The translations under genes were made by a program, and so were the position numbers. Positions 18,485 to 28,466 of a stretch of 64,000 nt of DNA are shown here, one piece after another (positions within the stretch are counted from its first letter, which is position 1; every line of letters starts with the position of its first letter). Where the stretch lies: assembly GCA_965219445.1 (NCBI GenBank), contig CBDCNQ010000004.1:288001-352000 (forward strand), given 5' to 3'. Below the pieces are notes generated by a model. That model did no database searches. It saw only the letters and a list, made by a program, of their open reading frames with translations, and was not told where the DNA came from. This stretch comes from Longimicrobiales bacterium. GTDB lineage: Bacteria > Gemmatimonadota > Gemmatimonadetes > Longimicrobiales > Gaopeijiaceae.

Positions 18485-20668
18485 CTACCGGGCGAGCGGG
18501 TCCGGCCTCAGTTGGAAGTGCACAACCTTGCTCGGCGTGCCCTTTCCGGTCTCGAGGTGGAACGGCGCCCGAGTGCTGTAGGTCGCCCAAATCCCCCTAC
18601 CCTTCCAGCCAGCGTCCGGGTCATCGATTCGGCCGTCCATCCATTTGGTGTAAAAGCCAAGTGGGTACGGCACGCGCATGACGACCCATTCCCCGTCCTT
18701 GAGCGCCAACAGGCCTTCGGATCCATTGCCCGTGTTGATCGGCACATTTTCGCCCAACCCGAGCGTGTTGAACTGATCCACCCACGTGTAATAGCTCGAC
18801 TCGGCACTGCCTGACTCGGTCAGGTTCTTGATCTGCGGCGCCGGCTCCGGATAGAGGGTCCAGCCCTCGGGGCAGTGTTGACCTGTTGCGGTGGGCCCGT
18901 TGAGGGGCCCAGTGCACTTGCTGCGGTCGAAGCTGGCCATGTGTCCGCTCGCAAGCGGTGTCCACACGACTCCGTTGCGATCGATGTCCATGCCGCGCGG
19001 TGAGTAACCCTGTACGGGTGCGGCGGGGTTGTCCAAGGGCAGCTCGTAGACCTCCGTCAGAGCCGTCTCGGGTGGGTTCGGCCCCGGGTCCAACCGGAGA
19101 ATTATGCCGGGGAAGCCCAACGAGGAGCCCCAAATGGTGCCGTCCAAGGGGTTCGCGGCAACACCGTAATAACCGGAGGAGACCCGCTTGTCCTTCGTGG
19201 GATCGACGGGCTCGTCGGGTTCGACCCATTCGTCTTGCTGGCCGTTGCCGTTGGTGTCGACGATGAGTGGAGCCCAGCCTTGGGAGCGCTCTTCGTCACC
19301 CGTCTCGAGGTACATCCTCGTGTTGAGCCAGCCGATCACCTGCCCGCCGCCGCTCGTCCACAGGGTATTGTCCTCATCCTCGGCGAAAATCAGGTGGTGG
19401 GTGCTGAAACACGTGCTGATGAGGCTGACCTCTTTGGTAGACGGGTCGTACATGGAGAGATGACGGCTCGCCCTTTCAGTCGGAAAAAGCATGGCCGACG
19501 GGTGGTCCGAGCCCTCTCTGCAGAAGGCCGGATTGTCATTCGGGGGACGCACTCTCGACGTGAGCCAGACGCGCGCCTCACTGTCGAGCATGGGATTGTG
19601 GGCATTGGCCTTGCTGTCCCATATCGCCTCTTCTCCCCAATACGGTGACGGCTGCAGCGGCGGCCCCGATGCGACCGGCGTGTTGGGATCGCGGACCGGG
19701 AGCACCACCTGACTCGCCGTGTGGCTCATGGGGTCGAGGACCGGCACGTAGTCCGCGCTGGCCTCGAGCGCCCCGTAGATCGGGCCGTTGGCGTTCACCG
19801 TGGGATCGCGCTTGTCGGTAGAGGCCTCGTCATGGAGATATGCCGTCGGATCGGCCCAATCCCACTGCGTGACGACGACGTTGCGCTCTTCGCCCTGTGG
19901 CCGGGGCGGCGCCGGCGGCACTTCGCCGGCGACGATTCGATCGGTCCAGTCGGCGAACATCTCCAACGCCCGTGGGCGGCCCAGCCGGTTGAGCCCGCCA
20001 ACCATGCTGCCACCCGCTTGCCCGGATTGGATGCGCCGATCCCAGGCAGCCGCTGTGTTCGCGAACTCACCGAGCGCGGCGGGGATCTCCCGCGTCGCCT
20101 TGTTGCCCAGTTGATGACACGCCATGCAGCCACCGGACTTCAGGTTCCTGACCCACTCCGACTGGCTACCGATGCTAGGAGAGATGCCGTTTCCCTGTGG
20201 CCCCGTTCCGGGGAACTCGCTCTTTTCCGGGACCTCGATAAGGGAGAGCCAATTCGCCGCCGGATAGTACTGTGCTGCCGCGTGTGGATCGGGCGCCGTC
20301 ACCGCCGTCAGATCATGGGAAGATCCGGGTGTGGCCTGAATCTTCCTGGAGTCGACCAGCCCGTAGCCACGAACCCAGACGTCGTAGGTCGCTTCCGGCA
20401 GGTCGGGAATCAGGTACCGCCCCTGATCGTCCGTCACCACGATCTTGTTGAACCTGGTCGGTAAATCCATGGTTTCGGCGATGACCCAAACGCCGGCCTC
20501 CGGCCCGTCCGGGCCGCTCACCATGCCGCCGATGTCGTCGCCGTCGATGTCGACCGCATCACTGGTCTGCACACACGCACTTATCCCAGCCAGCAACACG
20601 GCCGCAAGGACGGTGGCACCAGTGTGCAGGACTCTATGGGACTCGACGTTTCTGGTCATGATGTCCAC
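18485..20668 (-). CDS. Secreted carboxypeptidase-regulatory-like domain protein with CxxCH motif and beta-propeller-like C-terminus
   Basis: ISAC lipobox; VTDDQGRYLIPDLP..YDVWVRGYG; CMACHQ. Confidence 0.75.
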   Translation of the reverse strand: MDIMTRNVESHRVLHTGATVLAAVLLAGISACVQTSDAVDIDGDDIGGMVSGPDGPEAGVWVIAETMDLPTRFNKIVVTDDQGRYLIPDLPEATYDVWVRGYGLVDSRKIQATPGSSHDLTAVTAPDPHAAAQYYPAANWLSLIEVPEKSEFPGTGPQGNGISPSIGSQSEWVRNLKSGGCMACHQLGNKATREIPAALGEFANTAAAWDRRIQSGQAGGSMVGGLNRLGRPRALEMFADWTDRIVAGEVPPAPPRPQGEERNVVVTQWDWADPTAYLHDEASTDKRDPTVNANGPIYGALEASADYVPVLDPMSHTASQVVLPVRDPNTPVASGPPLQPSPYWGEEAIWDSKANAHNPMLDSEARVWLTSRVRPPNDNPAFCREGSDHPSAMLFPTERASRHLSMYDPSTKEVSLISTCFSTHHLIFAEDEDNTLWTSGGGQVIGWLNTRMYLETGDEERSQGWAPLIVDTNGNGQQDEWVEPDEPVDPTKDKRVSSGYYGVAANPLDGTIWGSSLGFPGIILRLDPGPNPPETALTEVYELPLDNPAAPVQGYSPRGMDIDRNGVVWTPLASGHMASFDRSKCTGPLNGPTATGQHCPEGWTLYPEPAPQIKNLTESGSAESSYYTWVDQFNTLGLGENVPINTGNGSEGLLALKDGEWVVMRVPYPLGFYTKWMDGRIDDPDAGWKGRGIWATYSTRAPFHLETGKGTPSKVVHFQLRPDPLAR

Positions 20669-20697
20669 TCCCCACGGCTAGCGGATAAAAAGACTCA

Positions 20698-20712
20698 ACC
20701 GAGTGACTCGGT
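20698..20712. promoter_or_regulatory. Palindromic operator candidate
   Basis: ACCGAGT-G-ACTCGGT 30 bp upstream of the 727-aa gene. Confidence 0.45.
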
Positions 20713-20812
20713 CAGACGGATTTGGAGTTTCACTCAGGATAGCGTCCACGTTGCCAGGCCGATAGGCGGCCCTGAGGATCCTTGTGTACCTCCTGCGTAA
20801 TCAGCAGGAAAA

Positions 20813-20850
20813 ACAAAGCGCCCCCGGCCGAAAGGCCGGGAGCGCTTTGT
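20813..20850 (-). terminator. Intrinsic terminator
   Basis: ACAAAGCGC.CCCGGCC GAAA GGCCGGG.GCGCTTTGT with T-tract on the - strand. Confidence 0.8.
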
Positions 20851-20888
20851 CAAAGTCGCGTCGCGCGATTCGCGCGCCGACGACCGAA

Positions 20889-21962
20889 CTACTCGTGGCC
20901 GAACATCCAGGCCACCGGCTGAATGAAGTCCTCGAACCTTTTCTCGAACAGATCATCGAGTCCGTCGAATATGTCCCGTACGGCTTCCGCCTCGGCACCG
21001 GTCAACTGGCCGCCGTCCGCGTTCTGAGCAGTGACGGTATCGCCGTCGACGGTGATCTTCGCGAAGAGCTGCCCATCGACGTGAACCTCAAAGGTTCCGC
21101 CCCAAGCCGCGGGCTCGCCGTCGTTGAATGAGATGACACCAGCCACCGAGACCGCATGGTGGCCCTCCATGAATGACACTTCGACGTCAATCGAGCCATC
21201 CCTCGTCACCTCGTCGATCTCGAAGACCACTATGGCGTCCAACTCGAAGTCCCTCGCAGGAATCGAAAGATTGTAGTCGGCCGTGGCGCTCGAGACCGAT
21301 CCGTCCTGGACGAACGTCACCGAGAGGTCGACATCGATCACGTCACTACCGTCAGTGATGAACCCGGCAACGGTGAGGCCCACGGTTTGGAGGCCGACCA
21401 CCGCCCGAACCGTATAGTTGATGCGCTCGACACCATCCGTCACGGCTACGATGCGGGCGACGTAGGCGAGAGTGGTACTCTCGTCCAGGAGGTCGACGTG
21501 CCCGATCACGGCGTCCAAGAGGTTATGGGTGATCGGATCGACCCCGTATAGAACAAAGCGCACGCCATTCGTTGGAGCGTCCGTGCGTGCGGCATCGTGC
21601 TGATATTCGTCGTTCACGCGGTCGTACGTGCGACCGAGGATTTCATCCGGAAACAGCGGCCCCGAGGCCGGACCCGCAGCCGCGAAGGCCTCAGCCGCGG
21701 CGGCGGCCTCCCAGCGGCTGCCTGCAGCGGCTGCCGCCAAGCTGGCTTGGAGCAGCGGCGCGGGGACGGCGCCAGTGTCCGGCACCAGGACGAAGCTCAG
21801 GCTCTCGAATGCCGCGGCGGAGAATGCGCCCTGCACGACCGTAAGATCTGCGGCAGATGCCTCCGGATCGAACGGCTCGTTCGGTCCCGTACTATCGCTG
21901 CATGCAGCGAGTGCAACCATAAGGGCCATAGTGACGGCCGACAATTTGTTTAAGCGTAGCAC
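20889..21962 (-). CDS. Hypothetical lipoprotein
   Basis: LAAC lipobox, GGAGG RBS, beta-rich C-terminus. Confidence 0.75.
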   Translation of the reverse strand: MLRLNKLSAVTMALMVALAACSDSTGPNEPFDPEASAADLTVVQGAFSAAAFESLSFVLVPDTGAVPAPLLQASLAAAAAGSRWEAAAAAEAFAAAGPASGPLFPDEILGRTYDRVNDEYQHDAARTDAPTNGVRFVLYGVDPITHNLLDAVIGHVDLLDESTTLAYVARIVAVTDGVERINYTVRAVVGLQTVGLTVAGFITDGSDVIDVDLSVTFVQDGSVSSATADYNLSIPARDFELDAIVVFEIDEVTRDGSIDVEVSFMEGHHAVSVAGVISFNDGEPAAWGGTFEVHVDGQLFAKITVDGDTVTAQNADGGQLTGAEAEAVRDIFDGLDDLFEKRFEDFIQPVAWMFGHE

Positions 21963-22215
21963 GTTTCAACCTCCGTATCTGGTTCTAAAAAAAGAAATAT
22001 GACGGCGGTCGATGCCGCCCGTCTCAATGGTTTGGCGCTTAACAGGTCAAGAGACGTGCCGCTTTTGGGGGAGTCGGACGGGAAGGAGGCCGGCTGCCCG
22101 AGTTTCCGCGCCAGATCACACTTCTTCGGAGGTCGGGGGCCGGAGCCAGAGGCCGCGAAACGCCTCAGAAAGGTGCCCCGTTGTGCAACTTTTTGCGTGA
22201 AAGGATAAAAAGTAC

Positions 22216-22962
22216 CTAGTCGCTCATCCGCAGGGCCCGCGCGATCCAGACGGTCCTGAAGACGGCTGTTCCGACCGTGCCCACCGCCACGATCCCCAAA
22301 ACGGGCACGAGCAACGTTCCGACTCGACCGGCTCCCCAGAGTCCGGAAACCGTCGGGTCGAGGACTCCGCCGAACCCCAGAAGGAGCAAGCGTTCAGCTC
22401 TCTGCATGACCCCTAGTCTGCATACTACCCCCTGACTCTCCCCCCGAGCGCGCGTATAGCTGACCAGGAGTGACCCACCCATCGCGGTGACGGCCAGAGC
22501 CAGCGAGAGCGCGGAGAACCGAAACAGTACGGCCAGCCCGACAAAGGCCCCGACTTCGCCAAAGCGGTCGAGCGTAGAGTCGAGAAAGGCTCCCGTCCGG
22601 TCGCCGACCGCCGTGGAGCGAGCGATGCGGCCGTCGAGAACGTCCGCCATGCCTCCCAGGAGAACGCCCCACCCTCCAAGCGTCACGTGACCCGAGGCGA
22701 ACGCCACGCCGGCGCCGATACCGAAGGCCACACCCAAAAGGTTGTAGAACGTCGGCCCCAGCCCTACGGCGATTGAAAAGCGGACCACCGGGCTGACGGC
22801 CCAGTAGAACCAGGCCCTTACGAACGAGCCCAACACGAACGTGCCCTGGGCGTCCGACGCGAGCGGATCCGGACGCCTGTTGGCGCCTGTCAACACGTAG
22901 ACGGGCATCGACAGCACCGCCGTCGACAGCAGGACAAGAAAGGCCTGTAGTCCGGGTGTCAC
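22216..22962 (-). CDS. CDP-alcohol phosphatidyltransferase family protein
   Basis: DVLDGRIAR-x8-GAFLDSTLD signature; VSYTRARGE. Confidence 0.92.
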   Translation of the reverse strand: MTPGLQAFLVLLSTAVLSMPVYVLTGANRRPDPLASDAQGTFVLGSFVRAWFYWAVSPVVRFSIAVGLGPTFYNLLGVAFGIGAGVAFASGHVTLGGWGVLLGGMADVLDGRIARSTAVGDRTGAFLDSTLDRFGEVGAFVGLAVLFRFSALSLALAVTAMGGSLLVSYTRARGESQGVVCRLGVMQRAERLLLLGFGGVLDPTVSGLWGAGRVGTLLVPVLGIVAVGTVGTAVFRTVWIARALRMSD

Positions 22963-23939
22963 GCGTCGCCCTCGGACCCGGGACCAACCGCACGTCGCGC
23001 TGCGGCCTCTTCAGCCGGCCGGTTACGAAGCACTCGAAACAAGCGAGGCCATAGAAAAATGAGGGGCAGACGCGTCTCCAACGCGGTCAGGTCGACGCTC
23101 ATCCCCGTTCGACGCTCCACCTTTCGCACCACGTACGGAAGCCAGTTTTCGAAGGTCAGCACATGCTTGATCCATCGGGCGGTCACCCTGAACTTGCTGA
23201 AGTTGAAGTACGCCGATCTTCTGAGCCGAGCCATAAGCCGTGGCCGGCGTGCCGACCGGTACCCTTGCCCTTCACGCACGACAAGCCCCTCGCCAATCGC
23301 ATCCGCGAGCAGCTTCTCGTAGGTCTCCACAAGATAGGCGCGTTGAGCCTCGAAGACCGAGCTGGCCCGTGAACCGGACTCCGGTCGGATCTCGCTGCGA
23401 TAACAGATGGCGATCATCTCGCGCGTCAGACTCTCGGCGCTGAAGGGAGTGGCCACGTACGGCGCTGCCCAGTCGAGGACCGTTCTCCGCGCGGCCTCCA
23501 GACGGTCATCGAGCCACTTATCGGCGGCCGCATCCCTCACGTAGAGGACACCGACCTCCTGGATCATGCGGGAGATCATGAAGTGATCCCGTGACCGGGC
23601 TGACAGCTCGCGCTCGAAATCGCGCGCACTGATGATCAGGCACTTGGCAATCGGACCATCCGCACCCACCGGCGGGAAGGCGATCACGTTCGGGGGCAAC
23701 AGCCATGCGAGCGACGCCATGAGCCTGGGCGGCCGGTGGGTGAAGCCACGACGGCTCAGCTCCCGGTACGTCCCGAGGTAGTCCTCCACCACGACCACGA
23801 GATCGTGCGCGCTGTAGCGGTCGGGCGCCGCCCCGACCAGATGGGATCCGTACAGGAGAACGGCTCGGAGTTGCGTCCCGGTGCCCGCCACGAGCGACTG
23901 AGTGAGCAGTCGGGCGGGCTCCCTACCGGCATGGGTCAT
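22959..23939 (-). CDS. Nucleotidyltransferase-fold protein, Tam41-like phosphatidate cytidylyltransferase candidate
   Basis: LLYGS...HDLVVVVEDY; KCLIIS...ISRMIQEV; YRSEIRPE; operon context. Confidence 0.6.
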   Translation of the reverse strand: MTHAGREPARLLTQSLVAGTGTQLRAVLLYGSHLVGAAPDRYSAHDLVVVVEDYLGTYRELSRRGFTHRPPRLMASLAWLLPPNVIAFPPVGADGPIAKCLIISARDFERELSARSRDHFMISRMIQEVGVLYVRDAAADKWLDDRLEAARRTVLDWAAPYVATPFSAESLTREMIAICYRSEIRPESGSRASSVFEAQRAYLVETYEKLLADAIGEGLVVREGQGYRSARRPRLMARLRRSAYFNFSKFRVTARWIKHVLTFENWLPYVVRKVERRTGMSVDLTALETRLPLIFLWPRLFRVLRNRPAEEAAARRAVGPGSEGDA

Positions 23940-24832
23940 CCCACGCGCTCGGTCTCGTCGGATCCGCGTCGGGACCCGGTCCGGCGATCGATCCCGTCGG
24001 ACCTGCGTCGGGACGTCTTCCGGCGCTCCTTCAATGCAGGAGCCTCGACCCTGGATCTCTCCGTGGCCTGCTCGGAGAACGCCGCTCCTCGGCGCAACCC
24101 CTGGAGGCTGTGCCGCATCCGGCCCTCCATCTCCTCTAGCCAGGCGGAGATTTCATGGGGGTCCGAGGGCGTGGCGAAGGGTCCGGAAACACTCACGCGG
24201 CAGTGGACCTTATCGACCCCATCGAGCATGTCCCGAAGCCGCCCACAAGGCAAAGTCCCATCCGAGGTCAACAGATACACCTCCCACTGCCTGTGCCGCA
24301 GAAGGGTATCCACCGCTCCCCGTCGGAACGGGAGCAGTGCTCCGTCACGCGAGCGCGTACCTTCAGGGTACACGACGATCGGAACCCGGGGGTCTCGGGC
24401 CACCGACCGGAGCATCTTGACCTGCCACTTCATCGAGCCCGTGGGATCCACGACCGGATATTCGTAGAGTTCGATCATCTTCGAGAGCAAGGGTACCCCG
24501 CGAGCGTACCGTTTCCGTGTGACGATGCGCGGATATCCGTGCGCCAGGCTTCGGACGACGATCGGGACGTCCAGGAGCGACTGGTGATTCATCAACACGA
24601 GAACGCCCGGGCCGGAAGGAATCGTCGGGATCGGCTCGAACTTACCCCCCCCGACGACGCGGGTCAGACCGATCAGCCTCGCCGCAATCCACCGCTGCCA
24701 GCCCCCCAACACCCCTTCCTTCCGCGTGGGAACCACCCATACCAACGGCACGATGACCAACCTTTGAAACAGGTCGAGCCACGCAAAAAACACGCCGGCG
24801 GTAGCGACGGTCAAAAAGCCTCTTAGTTTCAT
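23936..24832 (-). CDS. Lysophospholipid acyltransferase (PlsC family)
   Basis: NHQSLLD (HX4D) and YPEGTRS. Confidence 0.9.
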   Translation of the reverse strand: MKLRGFLTVATAGVFFAWLDLFQRLVIVPLVWVVPTRKEGVLGGWQRWIAARLIGLTRVVGGGKFEPIPTIPSGPGVLVLMNHQSLLDVPIVVRSLAHGYPRIVTRKRYARGVPLLSKMIELYEYPVVDPTGSMKWQVKMLRSVARDPRVPIVVYPEGTRSRDGALLPFRRGAVDTLLRHRQWEVYLLTSDGTLPCGRLRDMLDGVDKVHCRVSVSGPFATPSDPHEISAWLEEMEGRMRHSLQGLRRGAAFSEQATERSRVEAPALKERRKTSRRRSDGIDRRTGSRRGSDETERVG

Positions 24833-24970
24833 GACGGCGAACGCTAACGGGATGTGGAGGGGTACTTCAAGCAGTATGCAGGGCGACAAGAGGATCTTCC
24901 AGCAGCGCCGATATGTGACGGATCAGGAAATGACCACGGAGTCCGCAGACACGAGGAGGAAGTTCGGGTT

Positions 24971-25633
24971 ATGGAGTTGACGGAATACGGCTTCAAGAAC
25001 GCCGTCAGTGGTTTCTTCGAGATGCCCACGAGTGACGCACGGAAAATCCTGCCCGCGCATCTCCAGCCGTTGGAGGTACAACATGAGCGCAGCATCCTCG
25101 CTGTTACTGCGTTCCAGTTCAACCAGAGCATGGTGGGGGAGTACGACGAGGTCGTCTTGTCGGTCATCGTGCCGCCGATCATGGAGGCCGGCCGACCTCT
25201 TCCAAAGGCTGCGTTCTTTCCGTTCATGGTGGGTGTGACCACGGATGCGTCACGCCAGCATGCCATCGAGCGCTGGCACCTTCCGCACTATATGAAGGAT
25301 CTACAGATGGAGTTCACGGAGACCGACGACGAACTGTCGCTGAGCATCTGTGACGAGCGCCAGCCCGTCCTGGATCTGAGCGTGACGAACTTCCCTGGAG
25401 CCCCGGAGATCGTCCTCTTCAACGCATTCACGGTAAACGAAGAAGACCGCTTCAAGGTGAATATCTTCATGGATGGCGAGCACACCGAGCACGAAGAGGA
25501 GGCCGGCTCACTCACCCTACATCCTCACGAGATGACCAAGGGGCTGACGCTCGACGACATCTCATCCGTTCCGTTCCGGGAACAGTGGTTCCACGGTGGT
25601 CTACAGACGTTCGAGGAGTTGGAGCAGCTCTGA
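24971..25633 (+). CDS. Acetoacetate decarboxylase-like fold protein
   Basis: ARKILP..LQP, SMVGEYDEV pattern; GAGGAGG RBS. Confidence 0.6.
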   Translation: MELTEYGFKNAVSGFFEMPTSDARKILPAHLQPLEVQHERSILAVTAFQFNQSMVGEYDEVVLSVIVPPIMEAGRPLPKAAFFPFMVGVTTDASRQHAIERWHLPHYMKDLQMEFTETDDELSLSICDERQPVLDLSVTNFPGAPEIVLFNAFTVNEEDRFKVNIFMDGEHTEHEEEAGSLTLHPHEMTKGLTLDDISSVPFREQWFHGGLQTFEELEQL

Positions 25634-25656
25634 CGAGGGGCGTCCGACCGTAGCGT

Positions 25657-27279
25657 CTAAAAGCGGGAGGAACGGATCCAAACGTCAGCCCTCGCCCAAG
25701 AGGCCTCGAAGACCTTTGCTATCTCCTCGGCCTCGCCGACCTTGCCCTGGGCGCGGAGCGCCTGCTCGAGCCCAAAGAGGGACCATCCGTTGAACGGATG
25801 GTCCTCGATCGCCGCACGGTAGACGGCTTCCGCCTCGACCGGACGGTCGGCCTCCAGAAGAATCGCCCCCAGCCAGTCCCGGGCGGAGAAATTGAGCGGT
25901 TCGGGCTCATCGTAGCGGAGTCCGTCTTCGATTTCGACGGCACGCTCGAACATCGCGATCGCCTCGGCGGTACGCCCTTCCTCCCGGAGAATCTCACCAC
26001 CGAGGATGCCCCTCACGATTCCGAGCAGATCCGATGCGGTGTGGCCGCGGAACTGCGCAGCCTCCGGAGCCGATGTGCGCCCCTCTTCTATGGCCTCGAG
26101 GAATCCGCGCGCAACGCCCACGTGCCCGGCTCGAAGATGAGCGTAGCCCTGCCCAAAGTCCCAAAAACCCCTGAAGATCGGATTCTCGGTGCCGTTGCCC
26201 TCCATGTCGAGAATGTCCTCGAAACGACCAAATCGGACCCTGGTCAGCACCTCGTAGTATTGGGCCCCGCCCGTGGCCGTCGTGTAATCCGCCCCGGCCT
26301 GGATAGCGACCGCGCCCTGACCATCGTTCGATGCGGCGAAGAGGAGCATGTGCAGGTTGTGCGAAGTGTATATGGCAAAACCCTCACCGTATTCGGCCGC
26401 CTGGTCGGAGTGCCACGCACGTTGATTCGCGCGCACTCCGTCACCCCAACGGCCAACCTCGTTATAGGTATGGGAGGGCATGTGGTTGATGTGGCTCGCG
26501 CCCGGGATGGATTCACCCAGGAGGTCCGCACAGGCCTCGGCCTTGTTCGGCTGCGTCGTCGACTCGGTCGCATGAATGTAGAGGTGGCACGATCCCGGAT
26601 GACGAATGTCTTTGGCCAGGACCTCCTCCAGAATCTGGTGAATCCGTTGGATCTCCTTCCGCTCGATGTCCCAATTACCCCTTCTGGGCTCTAGCAGCAT
26701 CAGGCTTTCGGCATAGAGGAATCCCACATCCAGGTCGGCCTTGTGGGCCTCGTAGACCCGGCCCATCGCTTCCGCGTATGCCGTATCGATGGCCAACTGC
26801 GGAGCCGGATCGCTCCGCGCCACGTACCGGACGGCCATCGCGTCGATCAGCTCCCGCTCGACCCTGCTCGCGTGATCCGGTGCGAGCTCCAACGCCTTTT
26901 GAATCGCCGCCTGGGCGCGGGGAAGAGCGCCCGCACCCATGGGACCGTTCATGTAAGGCCCCCACGCCCACGCCTCCCCGAAGTAGCACATCGCACAGTC
27001 CGGGTCACGGAGCTGTGCCTCCCGGAATGAGCGGGCAGCATCCATCAGCGTGAAGGAGTATATGAGCTGGATGCCCTGGTCGAAAAAAGCCTGCGCCTCG
27101 GTGGAATCCGTCGTGATCGTGCGTGAAAAGGGACCGAGCCCGATCGTGAAATAAGGCATGGGCTCGTCGAAGATTTCCGGCATTTCCGGAGGGAGGTTCT
27201 CCTGGCCAGCCGCACCTAGGGCCAGCGACGCCAGAAGGACGGCCGCATAGAATGGCACGCTCGCTATTCTCCGGTCCAT
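25657..27279 (-). CDS. Secreted TPR-repeat protein
   Basis: AQAFFDQG..DPDCAMCY, HMPSH, helical repeats. Confidence 0.75.
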   Translation of the reverse strand: MDRRIASVPFYAAVLLASLALGAAGQENLPPEMPEIFDEPMPYFTIGLGPFSRTITTDSTEAQAFFDQGIQLIYSFTLMDAARSFREAQLRDPDCAMCYFGEAWAWGPYMNGPMGAGALPRAQAAIQKALELAPDHASRVERELIDAMAVRYVARSDPAPQLAIDTAYAEAMGRVYEAHKADLDVGFLYAESLMLLEPRRGNWDIERKEIQRIHQILEEVLAKDIRHPGSCHLYIHATESTTQPNKAEACADLLGESIPGASHINHMPSHTYNEVGRWGDGVRANQRAWHSDQAAEYGEGFAIYTSHNLHMLLFAASNDGQGAVAIQAGADYTTATGGAQYYEVLTRVRFGRFEDILDMEGNGTENPIFRGFWDFGQGYAHLRAGHVGVARGFLEAIEEGRTSAPEAAQFRGHTASDLLGIVRGILGGEILREEGRTAEAIAMFERAVEIEDGLRYDEPEPLNFSARDWLGAILLEADRPVEAEAVYRAAIEDHPFNGWSLFGLEQALRAQGKVGEAEEIAKVFEASWARADVWIRSSRF

Positions 27280-28271
27280 TACGATTTCTCCTCGGGAAAG
27301 GCCTCTGAAGGAAGCACCAACATGGCGTCCCTGCCCTGAGCTCGTCCAGGAGGGCTTGGGCCCGGATGTGGCTCGACATGTACCAGCGCATCGAGGATCC
27401 GCAGGTCCGAGTGAAGGAGCCCGTCCTTGACCAGATGGGCGATCTCATGCCCGGCCCGAACCGAAATATCACCCTCCACCTCGACATGAATGTCGACCCA
27501 CAGCGCCAAACCACTCCTGCGTACACGAAGTAGGTCCACTCCGTCCACGCCGGGCACGGCTTCGGCGATCTCCCTGATGCGATCGCGAATTTCCTTCGGA
27601 GCGGTCACGTCCAGCACTTCACGGAGCGACGCCCGGAACAATCGAATACCGTTGAACGTGATCACGGCGCAAGCGACCAACGCCGCCCAGTCGTCCGCGC
27701 TCTCGAATCCCTCGCCGGCCGTCAGCGCCACGCTGATGCCGATAAAGGCTGCGAGCGAGGTCAGTGCGTCTGACCGGTGATGCCAGGCATCCGCGTCCAG
27801 AGCCCAACTGCCGATCTCCCGTCCCCGGGCCGACAACACGCGAAACATCAATTCCTTGGCGATGAGCACACCCACCAGGACCACGAGCGTAAAGCTCTCC
27901 GGAGCCTCTTGCGGGCTCAGTATCACCTGGACGGCACTGACGGCGATCCCCGCCGCAGCCAGAAGCAGAACCGTCGAAACTACGAGCGACGCCAGGGGCT
28001 CAGCCTTCCCGAGTCCGTATGGATATCGTTCCGACTGGGGCAGCACGCTGACCCGGAGGCCACCCCAAACGAGAAGACCACTGAAGATGTCGAGCACGGA
28101 CTCCACTCCGTCCGCGACGAGCGCGAACGAGTTCCCGATGACGCCCGTCACGATCTTCGTCGTCGCGAGAAGAGTACTCGCGATGACGCCGATCGCCGCC
28201 ACACGCGTCCCTCGCCGGACGGCATCGCTGAGTTGCTCCGGCGTGCTGGAACCTGAACCCTGGTCTTTCAT
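27279..28271 (-). CDS. Cation diffusion facilitator (FieF-like) transporter
   Basis: SFALVADGVES..D, HHRSD, HEIA..VHVEP. Confidence 0.92.
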   Translation of the reverse strand: MKDQGSGSSTPEQLSDAVRRGTRVAAIGVIASTLLATTKIVTGVIGNSFALVADGVESVLDIFSGLLVWGGLRVSVLPQSERYPYGLGKAEPLASLVVSTVLLLAAAGIAVSAVQVILSPQEAPESFTLVVLVGVLIAKELMFRVLSARGREIGSWALDADAWHHRSDALTSLAAFIGISVALTAGEGFESADDWAALVACAVITFNGIRLFRASLREVLDVTAPKEIRDRIREIAEAVPGVDGVDLLRVRRSGLALWVDIHVEVEGDISVRAGHEIAHLVKDGLLHSDLRILDALVHVEPHPGPSPPGRAQGRDAMLVLPSEAFPEEKS

Positions 28272-28466
28272 GTGTGGAAGGTGCACCGCTGGCGAATCGG
28301 TGCAACCGGGGGAGGGTCGACGACCGCGATCAAGCTCCGCCTTGGACGCTATGGACATCCCGAGTAGCCTTTTTTAGAATTTTCCCACTTCACCAAAGAA
28401 CGGCCGATCCGGCGTGGCCCGCTTTTTCAACCGGATTTTCTGTCGCGTTCACAAGGAGGAGAAGGA

